Positions 47,760 to 57,222 of a stretch of DNA of 64,000 nucleotides are shown piece after piece. The notes beneath the pieces are model-generated. The model saw nothing but the letters and a program-made list of their open reading frames with translations, searched no databases and was not told the origin of the DNA. The number at the start of each line of letters is the position of its first letter. The stretch's first letter is position 1. This DNA is from an uncultured Verrucomicrobiota bacterium (GTDB taxonomy: Bacteria > Verrucomicrobiota > Verrucomicrobiia > CAIQCK01): positions 11,630-75,629 of the forward strand of contig CAZGGF010000002.1 of assembly GCA_964524715.1 (NCBI GenBank), written 5' to 3'. A program made the position numbers and the translations under genes.

Positions 47760-49085
47760 TCATCCACAGCGTTGGGTGGCGAATCGCATCAACGTCACAT
47801 CATCATTGATCGATCTCCGGCGCTGCGCCTCGTCAAGCCACAGGAGGATCGACTCGTAGGGCGGATGACCCGCAGCAATGCGCGCGCGCAAATGGCGCAG
47901 AAATTCGTCGTAGGAACCGTGTTGTTTGCTCACGCCCCTCGTTTCGTAAATGCCGTCGGTGAAAAGAAAAAGCTCGGATCCGGACGGAAACTCGATCATT
48001 ATCTCGGTCGCCTTGATCTCCGGAAAAACCCCAAGCACCGATCCTCCCGGCACTGTTTCTGTCAACACCAACCCGGCCCTGCCCTCCTTCCGCGTCAGCA
48101 GTAGCGGCGGAGGATGACCCGCGTTCGTATAGGTGATGCGCCGCTCCGAGTGGGAATAGACGCCGTACCAGACTGAAATGAATCTGCCCGCATGGTCTTT
48201 CATCTGGAGGAGGCGGTTGAGACCTTCCAGCACATGGGCAGGCCGGGCAAAATCGATGTCTTTCGTATTGACCCGCAACACATCCAGCGCCGTCACAGCC
48301 ATCAAGGCGGAACTGAGCCCGTGGCCAGCTACGTCAAGAACATAGAAAGCAATCTGGTCGTCATTGATGCGACGGTAGCCAAGTCCGTCGCCCCCGAGAT
48401 GGATCGAGGGCTGGAATTTCCAGTCGATCGTCTCGCGCCCGGCCAGCGGTGGCGGCAGCATCCAGCGGACGTACTTGGCCGCGTCGGCGAACTCATGTCG
48501 AAGCCTTTCCTCCGCCTTCACAAGCTTTTGCCGGGTGCTGAGCAATTCCTTCTGGGCCTGGATGATTTCCGAGAGATCGATCTCGCGCTGGACGATCTTG
48601 CCGAAGTTGATCAGGATCGCTAGATCCTCCTCGGTAAATTCCCGGGGGCGCGTGTCCGCCAGGCAAAACGTCCCGATCTTTTGCCCACGCGGGCCATCCA
48701 GCGGAACGCCCGCATAGAAGCGAAGGTAAGGCTCGCCCTTCACCAGCGGATGACCCCGGGCGACCGGGTGCTGGTGCGTATCGGCAATAACGAGCGGCTC
48801 GTTGTGCTGGATCATGTATTGGCTAAGCGAAACCTCGCAGCTGGTTCCGGTGACGCGCATCCCGACACTCGACTTGAACCATTGCCGCTCCGATTCGATG
48901 AACGCGATGTATGCGATTGGCACCTTGAAAACCGTTGCCGCCAGTTTCGTCACACGGTCGAATCGGTCCTCGGCCACGTATTTATTGAGATCAAGCGAAT
49001 GAAGCGACGCCAGTCCCTTGCTGAGCGCTGGCACCATCTCTTCGCCAGTTTTCACGGTCGGCCCTGTATTTTTATTTGAGTTCAT
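47760..49085 (-). CDS. GAF-domain PP2C-family serine phosphatase (SpoIIE/RsbU-like)
   Basis: The C-terminal PP2C motifs are …FYVLDVAGHGLSSALMA… and …FLFTDGIYE…. The N-terminal half is GAF-like. ATG at 49085 with a GAGG RBS. Confidence 0.75.
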   Translation of the reverse strand: MNSNKNTGPTVKTGEEMVPALSKGLASLHSLDLNKYVAEDRFDRVTKLAATVFKVPIAYIAFIESERQWFKSSVGMRVTGTSCEVSLSQYMIQHNEPLVIADTHQHPVARGHPLVKGEPYLRFYAGVPLDGPRGQKIGTFCLADTRPREFTEEDLAILINFGKIVQREIDLSEIIQAQKELLSTRQKLVKAEERLRHEFADAAKYVRWMLPPPLAGRETIDWKFQPSIHLGGDGLGYRRINDDQIAFYVLDVAGHGLSSALMAVTALDVLRVNTKDIDFARPAHVLEGLNRLLQMKDHAGRFISVWYGVYSHSERRITYTNAGHPPPLLLTRKEGRAGLVLTETVPGGSVLGVFPEIKATEIMIEFPSGSELFLFTDGIYETRGVSKQHGSYDEFLRHLRARIAAGHPPYESILLWLDEAQRRRSINDDVTLMRFATQRCG

Positions 49086-49283
49086 AGTCTCAACTGCCTC
49101 ACAAGTATCATCACTCCTGTCACAGATTGCGCGCCAACTTGGTTGAACATTCGCAACTACTTGGTGATTATTGTGTAACGCAAAATGACTATCAGTGTTT
49201 GATGGGTCAAAATATCGCCCGCGCGAATTATCGTCCGATTTGAGTTGCAAGAATCGCCTCGCTTTTGACAGAATCTGCCTGTT

Positions 49284-50936
49284 GTGGAATCACCTAGTGA
49301 TAGTCGGTTCAATCCGAATTTCGCCACGCATTTGCTCTTGGATATCGCCCATGAGCAATCAGTGGAACACCTGTTGCAAAAGTACGTCCGCAGTGTGATG
49401 GAACACTCTGACATGGTCTGCGTCCAGATATGGCTGCTTGATAAAGGGGATCTTTGTTCCATTTGTTCCCAAAGACCGAAGTGTCCCAACCACACCCGCT
49501 GCCTGCACTTGGTCGCCGGTGGGGGCAAATCGCTATCCAATTCTGGAGCGGGTGTTCGGTCTTTCGACGACCCCAACGCGCGGATGCCGCTGGGAGTTGG
49601 CCTGGTGGGAAAGGTGGCTGCGACAGGCCAGCAGCTTGTCCTGAGAGGCTTGGGCGGAAAACTGAGAGAGCTGGCTGAGCTTGACTGGCTGAAGCAAGAG
49701 CAAATTCGTGGATTCGGCGGATCGCCGATTACTTTTAAAGGCGAGGTTCTGGGAGTTACCGTTGCGTTTGTTCGTAAGGACATGCCGGATGAATCGCTCC
49801 CTTGGGGCCAAATCTTTGCCGACCACATCGGCGCAGCGATCGCCAACGCGCGGGCTTTTGAGGAAATTCAGCGACTCAAGGCACAACTCGAACAGCAGAA
49901 CACCTACTTGCAGGAGGAAGTGGTGGGAGCCAAAGCCTTCGGTGACCTCGTCGGCCAAAGCGCCGCCTTGCAACAGATCATCAGCCAGATTGACTTGGTG
50001 GCACCGACGGAGGCCTCGGTCCTCATCCTGGGTGACACCGGGACGGGCAAAGACTTGGTCGCACACGAAATCCACCGCCGTAGTCGGCGCAAAGACAACC
50101 CCCTCATCCGGGTCAATTGCGCTTCGATCCCAAAGGAGTTGTTTGAAAGCGAGTTTTTCGGCCACGTGAAAGGTGCTTTCACAGGCGCCATCAAAGACCG
50201 GCCTGGTCGTTTTGAAACAGCCGAGAGCGGGACCCTGTTTCTGGACGAAATCGGGGAAGTGCCCTTGGAAATGCAGAGCAAACTGCTGCGCGTCTTGCAG
50301 GAAAAGCGTTACGAGCGCGTCGGTGATGACCGAACGCGCCACGCAGATGTGCGCATCATCGCAGCCACGAATCGGGATTTGAAGAAAGCCGTGGCCGCAG
50401 GTCGCTTCCGTGAGGATCTTTATTACCGCCTCAACGTTTTCCCGATCCATGTCGCCACACTGAAGCAGCGAAAGGACGACATTACGCTTTTGGCGAGCCA
50501 CTTTGTCGAGTTGTCCGCCAAAGAATTGAGATGCCCAAAGCCTCGATTGACACGAGCGGCCGTAGCTAGACTTCAGAACTACGACTGGCCTGGCAACGTC
50601 CGGGAACTGCGCAACGTCATCGAACGTGCTGTTATTTTGGCGCGCGGTGGTCTACTGCACTTTGACTTGCCAGTGACAGACTCCGCACGCCTCCCGGCTT
50701 CATCCACACCACATCCGGGCACCGAGGCCGGCACCGAGTTCTTCACCGAAGCGGAAATGCAGCGCCGAGAAAGAGAGAATATCATTGCAGCTCTCGAAAG
50801 GGTCGGGTGGAGAATCAAGGGTGCGGACGGAGCGGCGGAACTTTTGGGAGTGAAGCCCAGCACGCTGCTATCACGAATGAAGAAGATGGGACTGAAACGC
50901 CCACCAACTAGTTTTGCACCGTCGGCAGCATCGTAG
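49284..50936 (+). CDS. Sigma-54-dependent transcriptional activator with N-terminal GAF domain (NtrC/Fis family)
   Basis: AAA+ sigma-54 interaction motifs are GDTGTGKDLVAHEIH, ESEFFGH and GAFTGA. C-terminal Fis-type HTH. GTG start assumed. Confidence 0.85.
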   Translation: MESPSDSRFNPNFATHLLLDIAHEQSVEHLLQKYVRSVMEHSDMVCVQIWLLDKGDLCSICSQRPKCPNHTRCLHLVAGGGKSLSNSGAGVRSFDDPNARMPLGVGLVGKVAATGQQLVLRGLGGKLRELAELDWLKQEQIRGFGGSPITFKGEVLGVTVAFVRKDMPDESLPWGQIFADHIGAAIANARAFEEIQRLKAQLEQQNTYLQEEVVGAKAFGDLVGQSAALQQIISQIDLVAPTEASVLILGDTGTGKDLVAHEIHRRSRRKDNPLIRVNCASIPKELFESEFFGHVKGAFTGAIKDRPGRFETAESGTLFLDEIGEVPLEMQSKLLRVLQEKRYERVGDDRTRHADVRIIAATNRDLKKAVAAGRFREDLYYRLNVFPIHVATLKQRKDDITLLASHFVELSAKELRCPKPRLTRAAVARLQNYDWPGNVRELRNVIERAVILARGGLLHFDLPVTDSARLPASSTPHPGTEAGTEFFTEAEMQRRERENIIAALERVGWRIKGADGAAELLGVKPSTLLSRMKKMGLKRPPTSFAPSAAS

Positions 50937-51148
50937 GAGTCGTCGCAAAATCCCAGTGACCGAACTCATCTTTTCAAGCCACTTGGAGAGTCAGTCTGTG
51001 GCCATGGTGGATGCTGTCTGGTTGTTTGCGTGTTGTCCATCCCAGCACAGGGAGGGGCGTAGCCCGGCCAAAGCGAAACATGGATAGCCGCATCGTTTCA
51101 TTTCTATTAGTCGGTCCCTCTTATTTCAACACAACAGACGCCCCCGAC

Positions 51149-51233
51149 CTTGCTGTGGTTGACGTGAGCAGAAATTGAGGTTCGGACGGATCGTCGGGTC
51201 CGTGGCGTCCGTCAGGTTGAAATGAGTGGGACA
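51149..51233 (+). repeat. ~70-nt structured repeat, copy C
   Basis: TGCTGTGGTTGACGTGAGCAGAAATTGAGGTTCGGACGGATCGTCGGGTCCGTGGCGTCCGTCAGGTTGAAAT. Confidence 0.55.
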
Positions 51234-51334
51234 GGCTGACCCTGCGCCCAATTGGATGTTTTTGTGCCAATCTCCGCTCCAGCCCGTTTCTGGAGGGACG
51301 ATTGTGAATCGTGTTTGACAATAATTATACAGCA

Positions 51335-52732
51335 TTACCGCTTCATCATCTTCTTCAATCTTCGTTTGCTTGCGCTCGTCTTCAGAAGAATGTAGGGCAC
51401 ATAGTATAGCAATGTTAACAGCCGCCGGGGAGAAAGGACGCCCATCTTGAGTGCCTTTACCAGAATCTGCATGACGTGGCCGGGGCTGTAAAACTCCCGG
51501 TGAATCCTCTTGAGGATGGTTGTCAGTTCCTTCCGGCCATACTTCTCTGAGTATATCCCGTTGTCCTGACCTATGTAATACCCGGGGGTCGCTTTAACAA
51601 GGTCCTCCAACGGGGAGAATTTCTCCCACCGGAGCCTGTTGAGTGAGATAAAGTCCAGCCCTATCTCGCTGGCATAGGGCGAGATCATGAGCATCTCGTT
51701 TTCATCCTCACCGATGACCCCGATAATAAAGTATCCGTTGACCAGCATGCCGGATCGTGCGATTACCTTAAAGGCTTCCCTCACGGTGTTTGTCTTAAAG
51801 CCCTTTTGCATCGACACCAGCGACTTATCCTGGGCCGATTCCAGCCCCACCATCAGGACTTTGAACCCCGCCTTCTTCATCTTTTCCAACAATGCAGGTC
51901 TCCGTGCGATATCAATCCTCACGTTGCACAGGAACATCTTCTTGATCCCTCTGGCAATAATGAGGTCGCAGATGCTCTCGACCCTGTCCATGTCAGCGGA
52001 AAAATTGTCGTCTACAAACGCAACGAAATCCGCATCCAGGGCTTCAACTTCCTCAATGGTGGACTCGGGACTTCTCGCCTCCCATGTCCGCATCTGCCCC
52101 AGAGGGTTGAGCTTGAAGGTGCAGAATTTGCACTTGTAAGGGCATCCCCGGGAACTCATGACGGCGTCGAAACTCAGTCCCAAGTCAATCCCCCTGATGG
52201 TAGCACGATAGGCCGTTGTCCTGAGTTTTCTGTCCGGTCTTTTCACATCATTGACAGAAGACAAGGGCCTGGATTCATTATGAACGACCTTTCCGTCGTT
52301 CACGTACGAGATCCCCTTCACTTCTTCCAGAGGTCTCCCGCTGAAAAGATCCCGCGTGGTTGCTTCACCTTCGCCCCTTACGATGACGGATATATTCGGA
52401 CACCTCTGGAACAGGTCTTCGACGCAATCCGTGGCCTGCCTTCCTCCCACGATGACCCTTATATGCGACGGGATCTGTCGTATCACCGAGCAGACTTCAT
52501 CGTATGTATAATTCCAGTTCACACTCACCAGAGCGGTATCAACCGAAGGAGTAAAATGGCTCATCGGGTCCTTTACATACCTGGAATCCACGATGCTGAT
52601 GCTCTTCACCATATCGCTGACAGCGGTTGCGACATATTCGAGACCGATGGGCGGGAAAAACTCGTAAATGGGCACCTCCTTCACATAGGGGTAGAGGCAG
52701 AGGACATTGGATGGCTTTATTCCTTGACGCAT
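51335..52732 (-). CDS. B12-binding-domain radical SAM protein (copy 2, inverted)
   Basis: 465 aa. About 18 substitutions relative to copy 1. The radical-SAM motif SSRGCPYKCKFCTF is identical. Similarity ends exactly at the start and stop codons. Confidence 0.85.
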   Translation of the reverse strand: MRQGIKPSNVLCLYPYVKEVPIYEFFPPIGLEYVATAVSDMVKSISIVDSRYVKDPMSHFTPSVDTALVSVNWNYTYDEVCSVIRQIPSHIRVIVGGRQATDCVEDLFQRCPNISVIVRGEGEATTRDLFSGRPLEEVKGISYVNDGKVVHNESRPLSSVNDVKRPDRKLRTTAYRATIRGIDLGLSFDAVMSSRGCPYKCKFCTFKLNPLGQMRTWEARSPESTIEEVEALDADFVAFVDDNFSADMDRVESICDLIIARGIKKMFLCNVRIDIARRPALLEKMKKAGFKVLMVGLESAQDKSLVSMQKGFKTNTVREAFKVIARSGMLVNGYFIIGVIGEDENEMLMISPYASEIGLDFISLNRLRWEKFSPLEDLVKATPGYYIGQDNGIYSEKYGRKELTTILKRIHREFYSPGHVMQILVKALKMGVLSPRRLLTLLYYVPYILLKTSASKRRLKKMMKR

Positions 52733-53295
52733 TTCTTAAATCCATTTTAGGAATTTTGATTTGGGCCACCTGAGGAGAGGCGGTTGCCTGTGGATTGCTT
52801 TTGGCCGCGCAAAATCGCCCATATCTACATGCCGAAGCGGGACAAACGACAGCGCAGCGGCGGAACGACCGTGTGGTGTTGTTATTCTCACATGATTAGC
52901 ACATCGCAAGTTACACAGTTATACCAAGTGCTCCACCATAACGACCTCAAGCACATGCGACGGGATTCGGTTGTTCACACGCATTCCGACCTATCGTCAC
53001 ATATTGATAGGGTTACAAGTCCGGGTTGTAAGCGTTTCGAGGGTTCGGATACCACGCGCATGAGTGGTAGTGCCGTTTCTTCATTGGCGCCCTGTAATCC
53101 ACTTGACGACCGGTGGCGTGGAATGGGGAGGTGCATTCCGGAGGAGTGCCTACGCACTGACTGCCAGTGATGAGGCAGCAGTGGGAGCGGTCGTCAAATC
53201 AAAGAACACGTACATCAAAGCTTCCAGGTTGCTACTTTGCAGTCGAATCACTGCTTTCTGATTCAAATCAGCCATATCTCCAAACGGATTTGATT

Positions 53296-53541
53296 TCATT
53301 GTTTTGCCTGAATGGCTGCGTCTTGCTTTGTTAGGGTGAGAATGCGGGCCGCGATCTCCAAACGTTGTGGGTGCGGGCAGAAGCAGCCATCGCCAAAGGC
53401 CAGCCTGTATTGGCACTGGAACGTTGACTCCGTCAAACAGTCCACTGCGTCAGGCGCAACAATGACTTTGGCCCGGCAAGCCGGCGAGATGGTTACGCGG
53501 AGTTCTTTCCTGAGGTATTTATCCGATTCTTGTTCGCTCAT
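53296..53541 (-). CDS. Small hypothetical protein downstream of TetR (ATGA overlap)
   Basis: 81-aa ORF whose start overlaps the TetR stop. No homology recognised. Confidence 0.3.
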   Translation of the reverse strand: MSEQESDKYLRKELRVTISPACRAKVIVAPDAVDCLTESTFQCQYRLAFGDGCFCPHPQRLEIAARILTLTKQDAAIQAKQ

Positions 53542-54215
53542 TGGATTTCCTCCTGGAGCGGCACGGCTATTTCTTCCTGTTCTCCTCGCCCGCTATGGTC
53601 CGAGGCTCCAAGCGAGATGTGCATAACATGCTTCGCAAGATTTTCAGGGCTCAAGGTCGACTTGTCGAATTCGGGGAAGATTCGCAGAACCGTGGCCTTG
53701 GCCACACAGTAGAAAACACAAAGACTAAGCACACTCAAGGCACGCAAGCGTACCATGTTCCGATCAGTTTGCGGCCCCAGCATGGCCCGGATGGCTGGTT
53801 GCAGGAGCAGCAAATCTTTGCGTAGTCCCGTGCCCACTAGGTTTTGGATTGTCCCGATGGGTTCAACCGATTCTCTGATTGCGAGGTTGGCAATCCATTC
53901 GGAGTCGCCACTCAATCTTTCAAACAGAGACTCGATGATGACTTGCAGTCTCTGCTTCGGTGCCATGTTTGCAGTCAAAAGAGCATCGTGTTTCGCCGGG
54001 AGTGCAAGCCGCCGACAAGCTTCCAAGGCCACAGCTTCGTAGAGCTTCTCTTTGCCATGGAAGTAGTATTGGACTATTGAAACACTGATTCCGGCGCGCC
54101 TGCAAACCTCGCGGAGGTAGGTTCCGTGGAACCCGCGTTCGGCAAATAATTGGCAAGCTGCTTCCAGTAAACGCTGCTTGCTGCCGGTTGCCTTAAGGAA
54201 TGGTTTCGCTTTCAT
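53538..54215 (-). CDS. TetR/AcrR-family transcriptional regulator (paralogue of 36661-37293)
   Basis: …RLLEAACQLFAERGFHGTYLREVCRRAGISVSIVQYYF… Same overall layout as the other TetR. Confidence 0.8.
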   Translation of the reverse strand: MKAKPFLKATGSKQRLLEAACQLFAERGFHGTYLREVCRRAGISVSIVQYYFHGKEKLYEAVALEACRRLALPAKHDALLTANMAPKQRLQVIIESLFERLSGDSEWIANLAIRESVEPIGTIQNLVGTGLRKDLLLLQPAIRAMLGPQTDRNMVRLRALSVLSLCVFYCVAKATVLRIFPEFDKSTLSPENLAKHVMHISLGASDHSGRGEQEEIAVPLQEEIQ

Positions 54216-54864
54216 GTGTTTTTGGCTTATTGTGATTTCCCGAATGTGGTGTCCTTTCCAGATTCATAAGCACCTCTTCCGGCAACAACCGGGGCTTACG
54301 CGGCCAGTTTCCCGGCGTGCCGTGACCGACTGCAATCAGCATCACCGGTAGGAATTGCTCTGGTATCTGGAATTCCCGCCTCAGTGCTTGAGGGTCAAAC
54401 CCCACCATCGGCCCGGAGACCAAGCCCTTTGCTTCAGCCGCTAACATTAGCGTCATCGCCGCAAGCGATGCCGAGCGAATGACTTCATCGCGCTGCGTCG
54501 TTGGATTCGCATACATCTGGTTGGCCATGCCCACCATGGAGTTCGCCACCGCTTGGTCAAAAATACCCGCCTTGACGGACTGACTGAGAATGTCAGGCAG
54601 CTTGGTGTGGGCCTGCAAGTCGCCCAAGACGATGAAGGTCACCCCGGCGTCCACCACCTTCTGTTGGCCGTAAGCGACCTTCTTCAGGCGTTCCTTGTCC
54701 GAACGTTCGGTGACGGCGAGGAAACGCCAGTGTTGCAGGTTGAACGAGGATGGCGCCTGCGTGGCATAGAACACCAGTTCCTCGATTGCGACAGGCGACA
54801 GCGGTTTGTCGGGGGCAAACCGGTTGGCTGAGACGCGATGGGTGATGGCTTCCAAAGTGTCCAT
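54193..54864 (-). CDS. Nitroreductase-family protein
   Basis: MDTLEAITHRVSANRFAPDKPLSP… and the downstream sequence fit the NfsB/nitroreductase fold. The ORF is open further upstream to 54951. Confidence 0.7.
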   Translation of the reverse strand: MDTLEAITHRVSANRFAPDKPLSPVAIEELVFYATQAPSSFNLQHWRFLAVTERSDKERLKKVAYGQQKVVDAGVTFIVLGDLQAHTKLPDILSQSVKAGIFDQAVANSMVGMANQMYANPTTQRDEVIRSASLAAMTLMLAAEAKGLVSGPMVGFDPQALRREFQIPEQFLPVMLIAVGHGTPGNWPRKPRLLPEEVLMNLERTPHSGNHNKPKTHESETIP

Positions 54865-55039
54865 CGGTCGGGAGTGTTTGAAGAATGTGTTCATAGTGTT
54901 TTTCGAGGCTCGTGTTTTGACTTGGGCAAAGATTTGTCGGTATTGGGTCATGTTGGGGCCGTAGGGCCGTCTGTCGCTGAGCCGGTCTGAATCGCTGACG
55001 CGCCAGCTTTTCCCGCCCTTGTGTCGGATTCAGCTTTGA

Positions 55040-55094
55040 GTTCACGTTCGGCCTGAAGCCAATCGTCCAGTTCCTGTTCCGGGGTGCCGCCGCG
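55040..55094. repeat. 55-nt near-identical duplicate of the DUF2934 coding segment at 38191-38245
   Basis: GTTCACGTTCGGCCTGAAGCCAATCGTCCAGTTCCTGT(T/C)CCGGGGTGCCGCCGCG differs at one position. It encodes a truncated peptide MDRGGTPEQELDDWLQAEREL… that ends ATGA-overlapped with the nitroreductase ORF. Confidence 0.7.
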
Positions 55095-55099
55095 ATCCA

Positions 55100-55369
55100 T
55101 CCTTTCTCCGGATACCAGTTGGCCAAGTCTTGCTGAGGGACGCTCAGCGTCGCAAATCTCTCAGAGAAGCTGAGAAACGTGAATCCCGCTTCAATCGGCA
55201 GCGCCGCGTTTCGCAGGAAACGCGTGAGTTCGATATCATTGAGGCCATCTCCGACGATCGCCCGGGTTTCTCTGACCGAGTCCAGTAAATGTCTGCTCGG
55301 CCTGGAAATCACTTCGATGTCAGGGGGATGCTTGGGTTGCCTGATAGCTGAAGAAATGTCGTGTTTCAT
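55100..55369 (-). pseudogene. Fragment with HAD/P-type ATPase GDGxND motif (remnant)
   Basis: MKHDISS…LLDSVRETRAIVGDGLNDIELTRFL… is an isolated HAD motif at the wrong position for an intact protein. The frame then runs into the duplicated DUF2934 segment out of frame. Confidence 0.3.
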
Positions 55370-55563
55370 CTGATCTTAGCAAACAACTTCAATCTGGAAA
55401 GAACCGCTGCCTTGCTGGCAGTCCCGACGATTCGGAGGCACTCCCTGCCGTTGACGAAGCAGACCAAGGTTGGGATGAATTGGATTCCATACAGGTTGCT
55501 TCGACCCCAGAATCTTCTACTTGAATTTCGTTTCGTCGATTTCGACGATTTGCGGTTTATCAC
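55366..55563 (-). pseudogene. Thioredoxin C-terminal fragment (partial duplicate of 46991-47371) with duplicated upstream region
   Basis: …IQFIPTLVCFVNGRECLRIVGTASKAAVLSR… aligns with IQSIPTLLFFVNGSLRAKVVGTASTQAILSK. The upstream about 60 nt (55612-55670) resembles the trx and PP2C upstream regions. Confidence 0.5.
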
Positions 55564-55783
55564 TTTTCATGTTCTTGACTACGTCACCATACTTTCATCT
55601 TTTCACAGAAGGATGTGTGCCAACTTGCTTGAATAATCACAACTAATTGATGTGAAGAGTGTAATGCAAATAGCATCTCGGTCTTTTGATGGGTCAAAAT
55701 ATCGCCCGCGCGAATTATCGTCCGATTTGAGTTGCAAGAATCGCCTCGCTTTTGACAGAATCTGCCTGTTGTGGAATCACCTA

Positions 55784-56846
55784 GTCACCTGTCCACTAGA
55801 TTCTTGTGATTATAATCAAAGAACTTCATGCGATTATACATGTCTCGAATCGCACCGATGATCGCACTGACCGACACGCAACAGGCCGAACTCCAACATC
55901 TCTTGCGCACACGCAGTGCTGGCCAAGCCGATGCGTTGCGTGCGCGTATTGTGCTCTTGGCCGCTCAAGGTTGGCCTAACGACGAAACCGCTGTGGAATT
56001 AACCACCGCACCCAACACGGTTTGCAAATGGAGACGGCGGTTCGCCGCGGAGGGAATGGCCGGGCTGGTGGATCTCCCGCGATCCGGTCGGCCTCTGTCC
56101 TTGGCGGCCCAAACCTTCAATCGCGTGTTGACCGAAGTGACGCGCCCACCCCATCGACCGACATCAAGCCGCATCAAACGCGCACCTTCAAGCTGTCGCA
56201 AGACCCCAAATTTGAACCGAAGTTTTGGGACATCGTCGGTTTGTATCTGAGTCCGCCGCAGAAAGCGGTGGTATTGTGTTGTGACGAGAAAAGCCAGTGT
56301 CAGGCGCTGGAACGAACCCAGCCGGGCCTGCCGTTGGGCCAAGGGCATGTGTGCACTCGAACCCATGATTATTCGCTGACCTTCTTTGCCGCCTTGAATT
56401 ACCTCAACGGCAAGGTCATCGCCCAGAGTGCCTCACGCCATCGGCATCAGGAGTGGTTGCGGTTTTTGAAGCAGATCGAGGCGGAGGTGCCGGTCGGACA
56501 GCAGATTCATCTGATTCTGGACAACTACGCCACGCACAAGCACCCCAAGGTTCGGGCATGGCTGAAGGAACATCCGCGGTTTCATCTGCACTTCACACCC
56601 ACATCAAGCTCATGGCTGAATCTGGTGGAGCGATGTTTCCGAGACTTGAGCCAAGAGGTGCTGATGACTGGCAGCTTCAGCAGCGTGCGACAGTTGGAAG
56701 AAACCATCTTTGGCTACCTGAACGAGCGCAACTTGTGTCCCAAACGTTACGTGTGGCGGGCCGAAGGCAGCCAGATACTGGACAAGATCAACCGCGCGCG
56801 AGAAGCACTCACGAAGATAAAACAACGAACTTAGTGGACAGATGAC
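55784..56846 (+). mobile_element. IS630-family insertion sequence (about 1.06 kb) with TA target-site duplication
   Basis: The left end is GTCACCTGTCCACTAG and the right end reverse-complements to GTCATCTGTCCACTAAG. Both ends are flanked by TA. The element interrupts a sequence that is contiguous in the copy at 49285-49300. Confidence 0.75.
55828..56834 (+). CDS. IS630-family transposase (HTH plus DDE_3), in two frames 55828-56250 and 56022-56834
   Basis: The HTH part is …RARIVLLAAQGWPNDETAVELTTAPNTVCKWRRRFAAEG…. The DDE part is …LDNYATHKHPKVRAWL…HFTPTSSSWLNLVERCFRDL…. A frame change is needed near 56150-56180, either a programmed frameshift or a disruption. Confidence 0.65.
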
Positions 56847-57074
56847 TAGTGATAGTCGGTTCAATCCGAATTTCGCCACGCATTTGCTCTTGGATATCGC
56901 GATCAATTCTGTGTCCATTATGCAACTCAACTGGGATTCGATCTTCGAAAGCGTCACCCGGCTCAGTTCCAAGCCAAGCTTGCTGCACCGTGCCGCAAAT
57001 TGCTCCTGGGTCATTCCCCTCTTGCGGCGGAGCTTTGCAACTTGAGGTCCCGTGATGTTTTGTTTGGCCGCCAT
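56610..57074 (-). CDS. XRE-family HTH protein with aberrant C-terminus (reads into duplicated repeat; likely 3'-disrupted)
   Basis: MAAKQNITGPQVAKLRRKRGMTQEQFAARCSKLGLELSRVTLSKIESQLSCIMDTELIAI… parallels the neighbouring XRE gene for about 62 aa, then diverges inside the duplicated segment next to IS630. Confidence 0.4.
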   Translation of the reverse strand: MAAKQNITGPQVAKLRRKRGMTQEQFAARCSKLGLELSRVTLSKIESQLSCIMDTELIAISKSKCVAKFGLNRLSLVICPLSSLFYLRECFSRAVDLVQYLAAFGPPHVTFGTQVALVQVAKDGFFQLSHAAEAASHQHLLAQVSETSLHQIQP

Positions 57075-57222
57075 ACGTCTTTGAAGTTGTGTTCGTGTCA
57101 GATCAACGGCTCGGAACTGCTCCAATAACAGAACACCGTCAGATCGTTCAGGCAGCAGTATAATGCCCGATTTGGATCAAGTCGAGCGGCTTTACCCCAA
57201 TCTCTCCCGCAACCAGGGTGGC

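Noticed and set aside
49100-49200. Sigma-54-like TGGCGC…CTGT motif upstream of the PP2C gene, and a TGGCAC…CTTC motif upstream of the trx fragment at 55640
   Set aside because: The -24 element is present but the -12 GC is missing or shifted in both, probably because they are decayed relatives of the 47409-47424 site. They were not called as promoters.
52784-53170. 128-aa plus-strand ORF between radical-SAM copy 2 and TetR
   Set aside because: No RBS, odd composition rich in Cys, His and Arg, and no similarity recognised. Probably non-coding intergenic sequence.
54593-55099. Downstream part of ORF 54593-55369 (258 aa), overlapping the nitroreductase gene on the same strand
   Set aside because: It shares the strand but not the frame with the nitroreductase CDS, whose motifs are clear. 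The ORF is read-through of a HAD fragment across the duplicated DUF2934 segment in the wrong frame, so only the 5' HAD-like piece was kept, as a remnant.
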